Source of the DNA: a virus
Strand: one strand, 5' to 3'
Length of the DNA stretch: 47,250 nt
UHGV virus genome: UHGV-1363746
Below, in pieces: positions 1 through 10,131 of this stretch. Below the pieces are notes generated by a model, which was given only the letters and a program-made list of their open reading frames with translations, did no database searches and was not told the DNA's origin. Every line of letters starts with the position of its first letter. Position 1 is the first letter of the stretch. The translations under genes and the position numbers were made by a program.

Positions 1-12
1 GGCATCTGCTTC

Positions 13-456
13 ATGCCTGATGGTCACATTGCATCAACTGATGGTCATCGCGCATTCATTGGTTGCAGTCATGACAATAAGCTGACAGAAAATGTGATTA
101 TCAAGATTGGCAAGTCTCCGACAAAACGCTATGACTACGCCATCATTGATACAAAGTCGAAAATTGCAACGTATCATGATGAAGCTGGCGTGATGGTTGG
201 CGCTGGCATCTGCGAAGAGATTGACGGTCGATTCCCTGATATTGATCGCGTGATACCAAAGGAAACGAAAGCAGCAGAGGAAATCGGCTTCAATGCTGGC
301 TATCTGGTTGATATTGAGAAAGTGGCGAAGCTGTTTAATCCTAAATTCAGTGGTGTCAAATTTGAACTTAATGGAAATACAAATGCCGCAGTTTGCTGTC
401 TTAGTGCGCCATCTGGCGAGACTGCGAAAATTGTTGTTATGCCAATGCGACTATAG
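13..456 (+). CDS. hypothetical protein; ORF is open to the window start and may be 5'-truncated
   Basis: 147-aa ORF with no in-frame stop upstream to position 1. Followed by a hairpin terminator at 461-490. Confidence 0.4.
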   Translation: MPDGHIASTDGHRAFIGCSHDNKLTENVIIKIGKSPTKRYDYAIIDTKSKIATYHDEAGVMVGAGICEEIDGRFPDIDRVIPKETKAAEEIGFNAGYLVDIEKVAKLFNPKFSGVKFELNGNTNAAVCCLSAPSGETAKIVVMPMRL

Positions 457-460
457 CAAT

Positions 461-490
461 CAAAAGCCCCATCACGGGGCTTTTCTTTTA
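461..490. terminator. bidirectional rho-independent terminator
   Basis: Hairpin aaagccccatcacggggctttt flanked by an A-run and a T-run. Lies between convergent genes. The same hairpin recurs at 8941-8968. Confidence 0.6.
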
Positions 491-1309
491 TCACGCCAGA
501 TAAGTATCATCCTCAAACCATGACACATACGCATTGATATTCTGCACCGAAGTATCCAGTGATGTTATGCGAAGCAAATACGTCGTATTTGGTGCCATGA
601 TAATCTGCTCGCCGAGTTTCGCCTGCGAGTTACCTTGACCCTGATTTGATGCGTTCCCTTCACTATAAGTCGCCGCCACCGTCAGCTGCCCAATACTTGT
701 GATCGTAGAGCCAGTCAGAAGCTGAGCCGTTGCAGTATGCGACGCTATGTCATTTGGGTTATTAATCTCCGCAGCAGTGCCGCCAGTGGCTACAGCTCCA
801 CGGTAGATTGACGCTACGACACCCTTGCCGGTGTAGCCGATGATGCGTTGATTAAAAACGACCTGTTTTGAGCCGGTAATAAAAATGCTGTCAAGGTTAG
901 CTCCGCCAGCGACGTCAGTCACGCGACGTGATGCGGTGAATAGCTTCCCTTGCTTGTTGGCAAGCTCTGCATAGGACTGCGCGACAACCTGACTTGATGG
1001 TACTGATGTCGCAGCTCGCCATACCAGGACTTTCAGGGATGCAATGCCAGCTGGTATTTGTGACTTAATCACCTTCAGTCGCAGCGCCACGCCATAATAA
1101 TTATTATTGTTGACGTCAATCCAGAAATCACCAGACGCGAACGGCGATACCATTACGGAAACGGAGCCGCTTGTTAATGGCTCATAGCCGCCGGAGGAAT
1201 TTAGCGGCACAATCTGTACCTGCAGTGCTGACCAGTCTGCTGACATGGTTTCGCTAAGCAAAACCTCTCCATCAGCCGGAGTTGTGTTTATTTCGTATCT
1301 TACAGCCAT
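491..1309 (-). CDS. putative virion structural protein (Ser/Thr/Gly-rich), downstream of the capsid genes
   Basis: Likely start is MAVRYEINTT, immediately after the terminator at 1322-1350. The composition is typical of beta-rich virion proteins. No recognised domain. Confidence 0.35.
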   Translation of the reverse strand: MAVRYEINTTPADGEVLLSETMSADWSALQVQIVPLNSSGGYEPLTSGSVSVMVSPFASGDFWIDVNNNNYYGVALRLKVIKSQIPAGIASLKVLVWRAATSVPSSQVVAQSYAELANKQGKLFTASRRVTDVAGGANLDSIFITGSKQVVFNQRIIGYTGKGVVASIYRGAVATGGTAAEINNPNDIASHTATAQLLTGSTITSIGQLTVAATYSEGNASNQGQGNSQAKLGEQIIMAPNTTYLLRITSLDTSVQNINAYVSWFEDDTYLA

Positions 1310-1321
1310 AGAACCCCCCCA

Positions 1322-1350
1322 ATAAAAAACCCGCATAATGCGGGTTCAGT
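1322..1350 (-). terminator. rho-independent terminator after the capsid gene pair
   Basis: Minus-strand stem acccgcattatgcgggt followed by TTTTTTAT. Confidence 0.6.
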
Positions 1351-1548
1351 TTACTCTGCTTTCTTTTTCTTTGTCGTCTTTTCTTGTGGGGTTGCGACTT
1401 CGAAAGACTTTTCCAGTTCTGGCATGACGCGCAGCTTTGACATCAGATGATCAGCAGGCTCCGTGATAACCTCGCCAAGCTGCAATTCACGAATCTTGCC
1501 TTTTTCTTTTACAAAGATTCCTCGCGCGATGACTTCGTATTTAGCCAT
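1351..1548 (-). CDS. small hypothetical protein downstream of the major capsid gene
   Basis: 65 aa. Strong RBS TTGAGGTGAATAATG. Confidence 0.45.
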   Translation of the reverse strand: MAKYEVIARGIFVKEKGKIRELQLGEVITEPADHLMSKLRVMPELEKSFEVATPQEKTTKKKKAE

Positions 1549-1560
1549 TATTCACCTCAA

Positions 1561-1592
1561 TTCATAAAGGGGCTTTCGCCCCTTTTTTTATT
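1561..1592. terminator. hairpin with T-run between the capsid gene and the 65-aa gene
   Basis: aaaggggctttcgcccctttttttat. Confidence 0.4.
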
Positions 1593-2661
1593 ACACCGGA
1601 GTTTGCGTGCCGTAGCCGTTGAATACTCTGGATTTGCCAGTGGCATCCTTGCGAATTTGCAGACCAAAAGCCGACCACACGAGGAAGTTAAAGTTATCGT
1701 GCGGGTTAGCACGGGCTGCCGCATAGGTGGAAACAGGCTGAGCAACGCGCGGACGGATGTACATGTCGTTGCGAACGTAGCCAACGAAATGGTTACCAGT
1801 CAGCAGGAAGTTGGTGCCAATCTTGCCGATGCGACCATTGCCGAACTGCGTGATGTACTGCTCAACTGTGCCGCCTTTGAAGCCAGCCGCATTAGAATAC
1901 GGACGCATGAAGCTACGGCGCACTGCCGGGGAAACCCACAGAGTCACCTGCTCAAATACGTTCTGCGCATCCAGAATAGCCTGGAAATCCTGATTGAAGA
2001 AGGTCACGATTTCGTCTGGCGTCGCGGTTTGCAGGTCGATATTCAGGCCTCCGGAAGCATTCAGGTTAACCTGAACGGTGTTCGGGTGGTTGGTGATACC
2101 GTAACCAGTGTAAACGCCGTTCACATTCAGAGTCTGGTCGCCAGTCAGCAGGTACTGCGCCATATCGGAACGCAGGTTAAAGGTGACGTTAGCCTGATCG
2201 TCAAGCAGTGGGTCGAAACCTTCAGACTGCATACCCAGCAGTTCGCGCCATTCGCGGCTGTAACCAGTCTTGAAGATTGGAATCACATCGCCAGTGTAAT
2301 CGTAGCGAGTTTTATCCAAATCTTCCGGCTCCTGACCAGACAGAGTGCGAACGACCTTGCCAGCATCGGAAGCAATGCGGCTGATTGCCGCAGTCTTGCC
2401 GATGTTGATGTTTGCCGCGATACCCATCAGGTCAGCCATCATGTCCTGACCAGCTTCGTTGCGGAAAACGCGGGTGGTGACATTATCCACGTCGCGCCAG
2501 TAATCTTTCGTTACCAGCGCGGTGGCGTTAACACCGTAAATTTTCGCCAGCTCAGCTTCTGCATTGCAGAACACCTTGCGGTCGATGGTCAGATGTTTCC
2601 ACTGGCCAGCCACCACTGCGGAGTTGGCTACCAGGTCTTTGGTAAAAATAATCTTTTCCAT
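1591..2661 (-). CDS. major capsid protein (putative)
   Basis: 356 aa. Position follows scaffold/protease and decoration-like genes, and size fits an HK97-fold MCP. No specific motif verified. Confidence 0.55.
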   Translation of the reverse strand: MEKIIFTKDLVANSAVVAGQWKHLTIDRKVFCNAEAELAKIYGVNATALVTKDYWRDVDNVTTRVFRNEAGQDMMADLMGIAANINIGKTAAISRIASDAGKVVRTLSGQEPEDLDKTRYDYTGDVIPIFKTGYSREWRELLGMQSEGFDPLLDDQANVTFNLRSDMAQYLLTGDQTLNVNGVYTGYGITNHPNTVQVNLNASGGLNIDLQTATPDEIVTFFNQDFQAILDAQNVFEQVTLWVSPAVRRSFMRPYSNAAGFKGGTVEQYITQFGNGRIGKIGTNFLLTGNHFVGYVRNDMYIRPRVAQPVSTYAAARANPHDNFNFLVWSAFGLQIRKDATGKSRVFNGYGTQTPV

Positions 2662-2663
2662 TA

Positions 2664-4543
<1,880 letters not shown>

Positions 4544-4553
4544 GGTTGACTCT

Positions 4554-4682
4554 CCACGGTTAGTTTGTGGTCGAATTATAACACAGGGAGATGTAGCACC
4601 ATGAGGCGGTAGCCAGTGCAAACAATGGTGAGTCTGTGAGCGCGTAAAGCGTGAGAAAGTAAGTGATAGGGATTATGTTCAT
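4554..4682 (-). CDS. 42-aa hydrophobic micro-protein
   Basis: Perfect AGGAGG RBS 7 nt upstream of the ATG. Product MNIIPITYFLTLYALTDSPLFALATASWCYISLCYNSTTN. Below the ORF-track cut-off. Confidence 0.3.
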
Positions 4683-4737
4683 GGGCTACCTCCTGATTAA
4701 ATGATAGCAGCCCATGATGAACAAAAGATATACGGTG

Positions 4738-4884
4738 TTAGTCTGAAATTACATCATCCATGAATGCGAGAGCAGCACCTGACAGGCAGAACAGAGCGCC
4801 ATAGCAAATCATCTGGTACAGCGTATCAGCCTCAAATACCCTTGCGAATGCGTATGCTGATAATATCCACAGTAATGGAATCAT
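4738..4884 (-). CDS. 48-aa predicted membrane micro-protein
   Basis: ATGA overlap with the stop of the upstream gene. Product MIPLLWILSAYAFARVFEADTLYQMICYGALFCLSGAALAFMDDVISD. Confidence 0.3.
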   Translation of the reverse strand: MIPLLWILSAYAFARVFEADTLYQMICYGALFCLSGAALAFMDDVISD

Positions 4885-5069
4885 GGTCTACCCCTGTTTT
4901 CTTTGTAGAGTGCGTCGCAGATTTTTTGATACTCCCTCTGAAACCAGTCTATGTTCCTGTTGTAATCACTTCCTATTGCCTCAATCTTCTTTGTCGCCAT
5001 TGCACTTGCTGCATTAATCAATGCAACCTGAACCTCCACTGGCAATTCTGGAAATTTTGGTTCGCTCAT
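4881..5069 (-). CDS. hypothetical protein
   Basis: 62-aa ORF in a leftward run of tightly packed or overlapping small genes. Confidence 0.4.
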   Translation of the reverse strand: MSEPKFPELPVEVQVALINAASAMATKKIEAIGSDYNRNIDWFQREYQKICDALYKENRGRP

Positions 5070-5392
5070 AACCCGGCCTCCTGTTTTGCGCGGTGAACGT
5101 ATGACATAAACTTGCCAATAGGCATTTCCTTGCGGATTTGCGCCAGTATAGCGCCATGTAACATTCGTTCTTCACCAAAATACAGCTTATCCAAACGAGT
5201 TTTAATAAGCGCTCGCGTGCGCTTCATGTGGTCGCGTGCCTTAAGTGCTTTTTCATGCCAGACACGATCATTCTTCTTATCTGCATATTGCAGTTGGCGT
5301 TCAACAGTTTCGATTTCAAACGCCAGTTGCATGTCATAGTCTTCAAGCTGAATGATGTCTGCTTTCATAATGTCGTTTAACTGGATAATCAT
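5066..5392 (-). CDS. hypothetical coiled-coil protein
   Basis: 108 aa, overlapping start/stop with its neighbours. Confidence 0.45.
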   Translation of the reverse strand: MIIQLNDIMKADIIQLEDYDMQLAFEIETVERQLQYADKKNDRVWHEKALKARDHMKRTRALIKTRLDKLYFGEERMLHGAILAQIRKEMPIGKFMSYVHRAKQEAGL

Positions 5393-5796
5393 TTTTTCAC
5401 CTCTAATCCTGCTTGCTCAATTGCCAGTTCATATGCATCCATTGCGTCACCAAATCCATTGGAGTAATCAACCGTGTAGCCTTTATTTAATGCCGCTCTT
5501 GAATCAAAGAAATCAGGAGGCTCAATCTCAATTGCTGCGCGCGATGCTTGCCATGCCATCCATGCAAGGTTTGTTTTGTGGCACTTGTACTGCTGGTCAT
5601 CCCATTCAGTCATTGGATATTCCGTGCGCCATAAATCAAATCCTGTTTCTTCCTTAATCCACTTTTCAAACTGCTCTCTACTCTTCATCTTCAATTCCTC
5701 CACTATCCATCCCATCTTTCTACGGTTATTGGCAATGAACTCATCCGATGTCACAAACAGAGTTCTGCCAGATTTATGCTTAATATCCCATCTCAT
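5389..5796 (-). CDS. hypothetical protein
   Basis: 135-aa ORF. The true start may be the internal MGWIVEEL. Confidence 0.4.
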   Translation of the reverse strand: MRWDIKHKSGRTLFVTSDEFIANNRRKMGWIVEELKMKSREQFEKWIKEETGFDLWRTEYPMTEWDDQQYKCHKTNLAWMAWQASRAAIEIEPPDFFDSRAALNKGYTVDYSNGFGDAMDAYELAIEQAGLEVKK

Positions 5797-5962
5797 TTAG
5801 TACATCCTCGGCAAGTCTGCGGAACATGATTTGCACTCTTGCCACCTTGCGCCACTCAGCCTCGGTGAGAATCACATCTTCCTGTTTCGGCATTCCTGAC
5901 ATTTCGCATGGCGGCAGTGGCTCATAATCTACTGCCTGTTTCTTGCGCTTCGCCTTTCCCAT
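5780..5962 (-). CDS. hypothetical protein
   Basis: 60 aa with a basic N-terminus. Confidence 0.3.
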   Translation of the reverse strand: MGKAKRKKQAVDYEPLPPCEMSGMPKQEDVILTEAEWRKVARVQIMFRRLAEDVLNEMGY

Positions 5963-6416
5963 GCTGACCTCTTACATTGCGAAGAAGTGAATTAAACAGG
6001 TTGCTCACATTTACTTCCTGCTCCTGCCATGAATAACGCCACAGCTTCTTGTGATGGTCATAGCTTCGCGTCACATCGCCATTATGAAACATGATGCGGA
6101 TGCGTCTTTTCACGATTTGGTAATCAATGCCAGTGGCGGTGCTGATTTCTTTCACCTCTGCGCCAGCGTTATCAAGTAAATGGCACTTAATCGCATCATC
6201 AATACCAGCTGCATCATCAGAGATGAAGTATTTATACTGCCATTTACTGCCACGAATCACTGACTTCTCGCGACGAATGAATCCAAGCGCGAGCATCTCA
6301 TGCAGGCGATGCGTTGTGGTGCTTGAATGCTTTCCGCCGCAATGCTTCTCAATATATGCGCGCGTTGCACCAGGATGCATCATAATCACGCGCATGATTT
6401 GTGACTTATAATCCAT
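5922..6416 (-). CDS. putative winged-helix DNA-binding protein
   Basis: 164 aa. The N-terminal ~70 aa have the pattern of a winged HTH (HEMLALGFIRREK...). Candidate transcription regulator. Confidence 0.35.
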   Translation of the reverse strand: MDYKSQIMRVIMMHPGATRAYIEKHCGGKHSSTTTHRLHEMLALGFIRREKSVIRGSKWQYKYFISDDAAGIDDAIKCHLLDNAGAEVKEISTATGIDYQIVKRRIRIMFHNGDVTRSYDHHKKLWRYSWQEQEVNVSNLFNSLLRNVRGQHGKGEAQETGSRL

Positions 6417-6663
6417 AATCGCGCTCCTCTGCTGCCTGATTGAAGTCGTCTGCGGTGTAGAGGTGTCCGTTGCGAGTATTCCATGACTTCACTGCTGATG
6501 CTTGATGAGGCCACTCATCAGTACCACACCCACACTGCGAGCAAGCAACGTAATGGCCATCGGTATTCTTATCACTGTATGCATCATTACTGTTGCAGAA
6601 TGGGCATTCCAGTAATCCCTCATCATTCATCATCGGCATATGTGGCGCGCTCATTTCAACCAC
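6406..6663 (-). CDS. Lar-like zinc-ribbon protein (restriction alleviation family, putative)
   Basis: CPFCNS...CSQCGCG with a downstream WNTR motif resembles the Lar_restr_allev family. Confidence 0.4.
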   Translation of the reverse strand: MVEMSAPHMPMMNDEGLLECPFCNSNDAYSDKNTDGHYVACSQCGCGTDEWPHQASAVKSWNTRNGHLYTADDFNQAAEERDYGL

Positions 6664-6845
6664 TCCCCAAGATTATTAAATTTAGGCGTATCGCCAGACC
6701 AGTCGATAACATCTTTCTGCTGTCTGCGTTTGCGTTGCAGGCGGTTTCGCACCTCACGCAGCTCGCACTCAAGCCAATCGCGCGTACGCTCAACTTCATT
6801 CATCCGCTGGATTAACGATTTTTCGTACAGTTCGTCATGCGCCAT
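6651..6845 (-). CDS. hypothetical coiled-coil protein
   Basis: 64-aa ORF. Confidence 0.35.
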   Translation of the reverse strand: MAHDELYEKSLIQRMNEVERTRDWLECELREVRNRLQRKRRQQKDVIDWSGDTPKFNNLGEWLK

Positions 6846-6905
6846 TTATAATTTCTCCCGTAGAATTTAATAACAACGTGCTCAACGCACAGATAACCTT
6901 CATCT

Positions 6906-7133
6906 TCAACCGTTACTGGTTGAACTATAAACCAACGCAGATATAAGTTCGTCAGCCTTTTCACGACCTGCAACCTCCGCTTCAAGCGCCAGTGAACACA
7001 TGGCGGTTTCCACATACTTAATGGTATCTTCGCGAACGTTAAGGATTTCCATAACCTCGCGAACTTCCTTCTGGTATCTCGCTGCTATTTCTTTGTATTG
7101 CATTTCCACATCACCTTTTCCGTTGTGGTACAA
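6906..7133 (-). CDS. hypothetical protein; first gene of the leftward small-gene operon
   Basis: Likely start at MQYKEIA (7103) with RBS AAAAGGTGA. Confidence 0.4.
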   Translation of the reverse strand: MYHNGKGDVEMQYKEIAARYQKEVREVMEILNVREDTIKYVETAMCSLALEAEVAGREKADELISALVYSSTSNG

Positions 7134-7172
7134 TCTACGTCAATAAGTATTGACTAAATGATGTAGATTGGT
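7131..7172. promoter_or_regulatory. divergent control region with nested inverted repeats
   Basis: caATCTACGTCAATAAGTATTGACtaaatgaTGTAGATTGg contains GTCAATA-AG-TATTGAC and ATCTAC...GTAGAT symmetry. TGTAGATTG is the -10 block of the phage early-promoter consensus. The gene 7203 follows. Confidence 0.45.
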
Positions 7173-7202
7173 CAACAATAATTTTCGAAAGGAGTAGTAA
7201 AT

Positions 7203-7403
7203 ATGCCAAGACCACGACGCGAGCCGATGGACATTATCACCAGCATTGTGGAGAAGCGTCAGCCGCTGACACTCCGTGATGTTCGCTACTTTGCCCGTTG
7301 CTATGTTGCGCTGGCTGATATGCCAAAGGATGAGATGTACCAGATGATTCGCGAGAATTTTAACGTTGACGAAAACAACAAGGTTACATTGAGAGGTGAG
7401 TGA
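7203..7403 (+). CDS. hypothetical protein
   Basis: 66 aa with RBS AAAGGAG. Confidence 0.5.
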   Translation: MPRPRREPMDIITSIVEKRQPLTLRDVRYFARCYVALADMPKDEMYQMIRENFNVDENNKVTLRGE

Positions 7404-8032
7404 TGAGTAAATGCAAGAAAGCATGGAAATACCTGAAAGGCAGCGAGAGGGATTTTGCAGGGGCGCATGCTGGAGCTACGCATAAGTATGTGCATAAGGA
7501 ATTAGGCCATCCTATCTATACCGCCAACCCAGAAATCATTAAAGAAGTGCTATTTAACCTGGTTGCAGTGCGCGAGCCAATCACCGAATGCACATTTCAA
7601 GATGGCGTAGTGTTTGACGCGCCAATTGGCATGCCTCTTAATGAATTTAAATGTCGCCAGCAATCACTGAATGCCAACGATTCCGATATGCGCCTCAACG
7701 GAATTCCTGTCGGCGAATTTTCAGCCAAAGCGGATGTCGAAGTGGTCAAATACGACCCGACGAAACTTGACATCGAATCGCTGGTCACTGAGCGTGGCAA
7801 TCGTTACGGTAAATTCGCTGATGGCGCTAAAATCATGCGCTCACTAAAAGCCGTGATGCACAACACTGACGGCTGGTCACGATTAACCGACAGCCAACGC
7901 GAAGCGCTGGATATGATTCAACACAAAATCGGTCGCATCCTGAATGGCGACCCGGCATACGATGATAACTGGAAAGATATCGCTGGTTACTCAAAACTTA
8001 TCGCAGATGAATTAAATGGAGAAATCAAATAA
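7400..8032 (+). CDS. hypothetical protein
   Basis: 210 aa. The conserved-looking C-terminal helical region begins ERGNRYGKFADGAKIMRSLKAV. Confidence 0.5.
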   Translation: MMSKCKKAWKYLKGSERDFAGAHAGATHKYVHKELGHPIYTANPEIIKEVLFNLVAVREPITECTFQDGVVFDAPIGMPLNEFKCRQQSLNANDSDMRLNGIPVGEFSAKADVEVVKYDPTKLDIESLVTERGNRYGKFADGAKIMRSLKAVMHNTDGWSRLTDSQREALDMIQHKIGRILNGDPAYDDNWKDIAGYSKLIADELNGEIK

Positions 8033-8247
8033 TGGCAGATTGCAAATTACATTTGTCTGGTCATTTTGAGTGCAACGGATTCGCATGCAAAATGTCGACA
8101 AAGCACATCTCAATCGAGATGGCTGGAGATGGCGTTAAAGTTGAATATTCTGCTGGGGTGTTTTCCCCATCAGAAATTCAGCAAGCAATCGAACTTATCA
8201 CCAAGGTAAATAAAATCGTCAGTAAAGGCGGAATGGAGAAATTTTAA
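8032..8247 (+). CDS. hypothetical protein
   Basis: 71 aa, ATGA-coupled to its neighbour. Confidence 0.45.
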   Translation: MADCKLHLSGHFECNGFACKMSTKHISIEMAGDGVKVEYSAGVFSPSEIQQAIELITKVNKIVSKGGMEKF

Positions 8248-8555
8248 TGGCATTCACAGATATTACCATCGCGCAACGAAACGCGAACTACACCAATATT
8301 GCTGACACATCCGCACAACTGGTATCACTGAATAGCGACGGCAGCGCAGTGCTGAAAATCGGCACAGAAACAGCGCAATTCATCGTGCAGAATCTGTCGC
8401 AGGCAAACGCAAAGCAGGTGCTGATTAGCACTGGTAGCGTTTTGTTTTTGGCTGGCAATTATAATGCGCCAAATCTTGAGTGTTCACTGGTGCGCATCGT
8501 TGAAGTTATGACCGAGGAACCAGCTGATGAACCAGCAACATCAACAGCAGAGTGA
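8247..8555 (+). CDS. hypothetical protein
   Basis: 102 aa, ATGA-coupled to its neighbour. Confidence 0.45.
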   Translation: MAFTDITIAQRNANYTNIADTSAQLVSLNSDGSAVLKIGTETAQFIVQNLSQANAKQVLISTGSVLFLAGNYNAPNLECSLVRIVEVMTEEPADEPATSTAE

Positions 8556-8676
8556 GCCGTCAGCCTACATCGTTACGGATAATCGTGGTCGCCGCTATCT
8601 GGTGTTTTCTGGTAGCGTTGAGCATCGGAATGCAATTATGTTTGGCTATGAAATGAAACCACTATACGAATGAGGT

Positions 8677-8937
8677 GTGAAAATGTCTTTAAGCTTTGGT
8701 GAGGCCTTGAAGGAGATGGAAATTGGATGCAAGGTCGCAAGGAGCGGGTGGAATGGAAAGGGCATGTTCCTGTTTATGATAGCAGGAGGGGCATGGGATT
8801 TTGAGTGCGACATTGATGGGGTTGACGGGCTTGATACGCTACCTTTTATCTGCATGAAAACGGCTGACGGTAAGCTGGTGCCATGGCTGGCAAGTCAAAC
8901 CGATATGAACGCAAGCGACTGGATGGTTATTGGTTGA
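8677..8937 (+). CDS. DUF2829-family protein (Tad2-like; candidate anti-Thoeris sponge)
   Basis: GWNGKGMFLF...FICMKTADGKLVPWLASQTDMNASDWMVIG matches the DUF2829 signature. RBS AATGAGGTG. Confidence 0.55.
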   Translation: MKMSLSFGEALKEMEIGCKVARSGWNGKGMFLFMIAGGAWDFECDIDGVDGLDTLPFICMKTADGKLVPWLASQTDMNASDWMVIG

Positions 8938-8939
8938 CA

Positions 8940-8968
8940 GTAAAGCCCCATCACGGGGCTTTTTTATT
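8940..8968. terminator. bidirectional rho-independent terminator
   Basis: aaagccccatcacggggcttttttat, the same stem as the terminator at 461-490. Confidence 0.6.
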
Positions 8969-9209
8969 GAAAGTTGTCCTGATACCATTCCTGCCAATCG
9001 TAAATAGTCATCTTCCTTTTGGTGGCGCACTCCGTATTCTGGTTTTCTATAACAATGCTCTCATCGCTGTTTTTCGGTGCCACTTTCGATAATTCGCACA
9101 CCTCCCCCAGCATTTCTGCTGACGGCTGAGTCTGCGTCGAGAGCTGACTGGCGCAACCAGATATAGTTATCATCAAAAGTGCAAAGGGTACGATTCGGGT
9201 CAGAGACAT
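8964..9209 (-). CDS. Rz1-like outer-membrane spanin lipoprotein, partly embedded in Rz
   Basis: Signal peptide with lipobox ITISGC. Starts inside the Rz gene in another frame. RBS GGTGA. Confidence 0.5.
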   Translation of the reverse strand: MSLTRIVPFALLMITISGCASQLSTQTQPSAEMLGEVCELSKVAPKNSDESIVIENQNTECATKRKMTIYDWQEWYQDNFQ

Positions 9210-9450
9210 ATTTCACCACGTCGCGATAAATAGTTTTATATTTAGTTTCGGTCACCACGCGCACCTGTTGGGATTGCGCTGTTGACTTTTCCTGTTTGTT
9301 CTCTGCGTTCTGTTTGCGCTTGGCGGCATCAAGATTGACCTTATCACTATGCGCATACCATCCCTTCAGGTAGCCAGCGCCAAATGATAGCGAGCCAATA
9401 GCAATACCGGTCAATAGCGGGATTATAATTAATTTAGCTTTTGCCATCAT
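9061..9450 (-). CDS. Rz-like inner-membrane spanin
   Basis: N-terminal transmembrane segment followed by a charged periplasmic coiled coil. Located downstream of the endolysin. Confidence 0.5.
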   Translation of the reverse strand: MMAKAKLIIIPLLTGIAIGSLSFGAGYLKGWYAHSDKVNLDAAKRKQNAENKQEKSTAQSQQVRVVTETKYKTIYRDVVKYVSDPNRTLCTFDDNYIWLRQSALDADSAVSRNAGGGVRIIESGTEKQR

Positions 9451-9670
9451 CGCGCAGCCTCCGGTTTTCCTTCCTCATGCCGTGCATTTTTCCGAGAATA
9501 CCAACCAGCATGATGGAGTAGCTCACACCTTTGACCACGATTGGCGGTAGCGCCGCTTTCAGGTCGTCCGGCATCATTACCCACACATGCATCATTGCGT
9601 CAGGCCACAGCTGCAACAGCGAGCAGAATGAAATCCACGCGCCGAGCAGCCAGTTGCTTAGCTTTTTCAT
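9434..9670 (-). CDS. putative holin/pinholin-like two-TM protein
   Basis: 78 aa with two hydrophobic segments and a basic C-terminus. Sits between the endolysin and the spanin. Confidence 0.35.
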   Translation of the reverse strand: MKKLSNWLLGAWISFCSLLQLWPDAMMHVWVMMPDDLKAALPPIVVKGVSYSIMLVGILGKMHGMRKENRRLRDDGKS

Positions 9671-10131
9671 GCCACAACTCCACCGGCATTCTTATATACC
9701 TGAATCAGCTTATCCAGTTTCTGCTCATGCTGACCATAACCAGCACCCGGCAATGAAGCCCAGCGGGAGCGGCATTTATGGATAGCATCAGCAATGCGAC
9801 CAGCCTCAATGTCTGCGGTGGCTTTGCATTCGCGGATTAGCTGCATTGCAATGGCGTCCTGCGATGCTGGGGAGAAGTCAGGTAAACGCAATTGTTTTTT
9901 GTATGCGTCATAAAACTTAGCCAGCACCTGATAGCGCCCGGCGGCGGTGGATTTGATGCCCAGCTTTTGCAGGCTAATCAGCTTGCGTGGGTGGTCTGAA
10001 TAGTCAGTAAATAGCGAGCCACCAACAATCACATCATAGCCATGGTCATTGGTTTTTTGCCGCCCGTTATCAGTCCCCTCGCTGTACGCCAGCATATCCA
10101 GAAATGCCTTCATGTTTTTGCTAATAGCCAT
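9667..10131 (-). CDS. endolysin, lambda R-type lytic transglycosylase
   Basis: KAFLDMLAYSEGTDNGRQKT..HGYDVIVGG.LFTDYSDHPRK...AGRYQ...WASLPGAGYGQ is near-colinear with lambda R. Start at MAISKNMKAF. Confidence 0.85.
   Translation of the reverse strand: MAISKNMKAFLDMLAYSEGTDNGRQKTNDHGYDVIVGGSLFTDYSDHPRKLISLQKLGIKSTAAGRYQVLAKFYDAYKKQLRLPDFSPASQDAIAMQLIRECKATADIEAGRIADAIHKCRSRWASLPGAGYGQHEQKLDKLIQVYKNAGGVVA

Noticed and set aside
293-523. Plus-strand ORFs 293..523 and 8883..9092 encoding ...KPHHGAFL...
   Set aside because: The peptide similarity arises only because both read through the same terminator hairpin (gccccatcacggggc).
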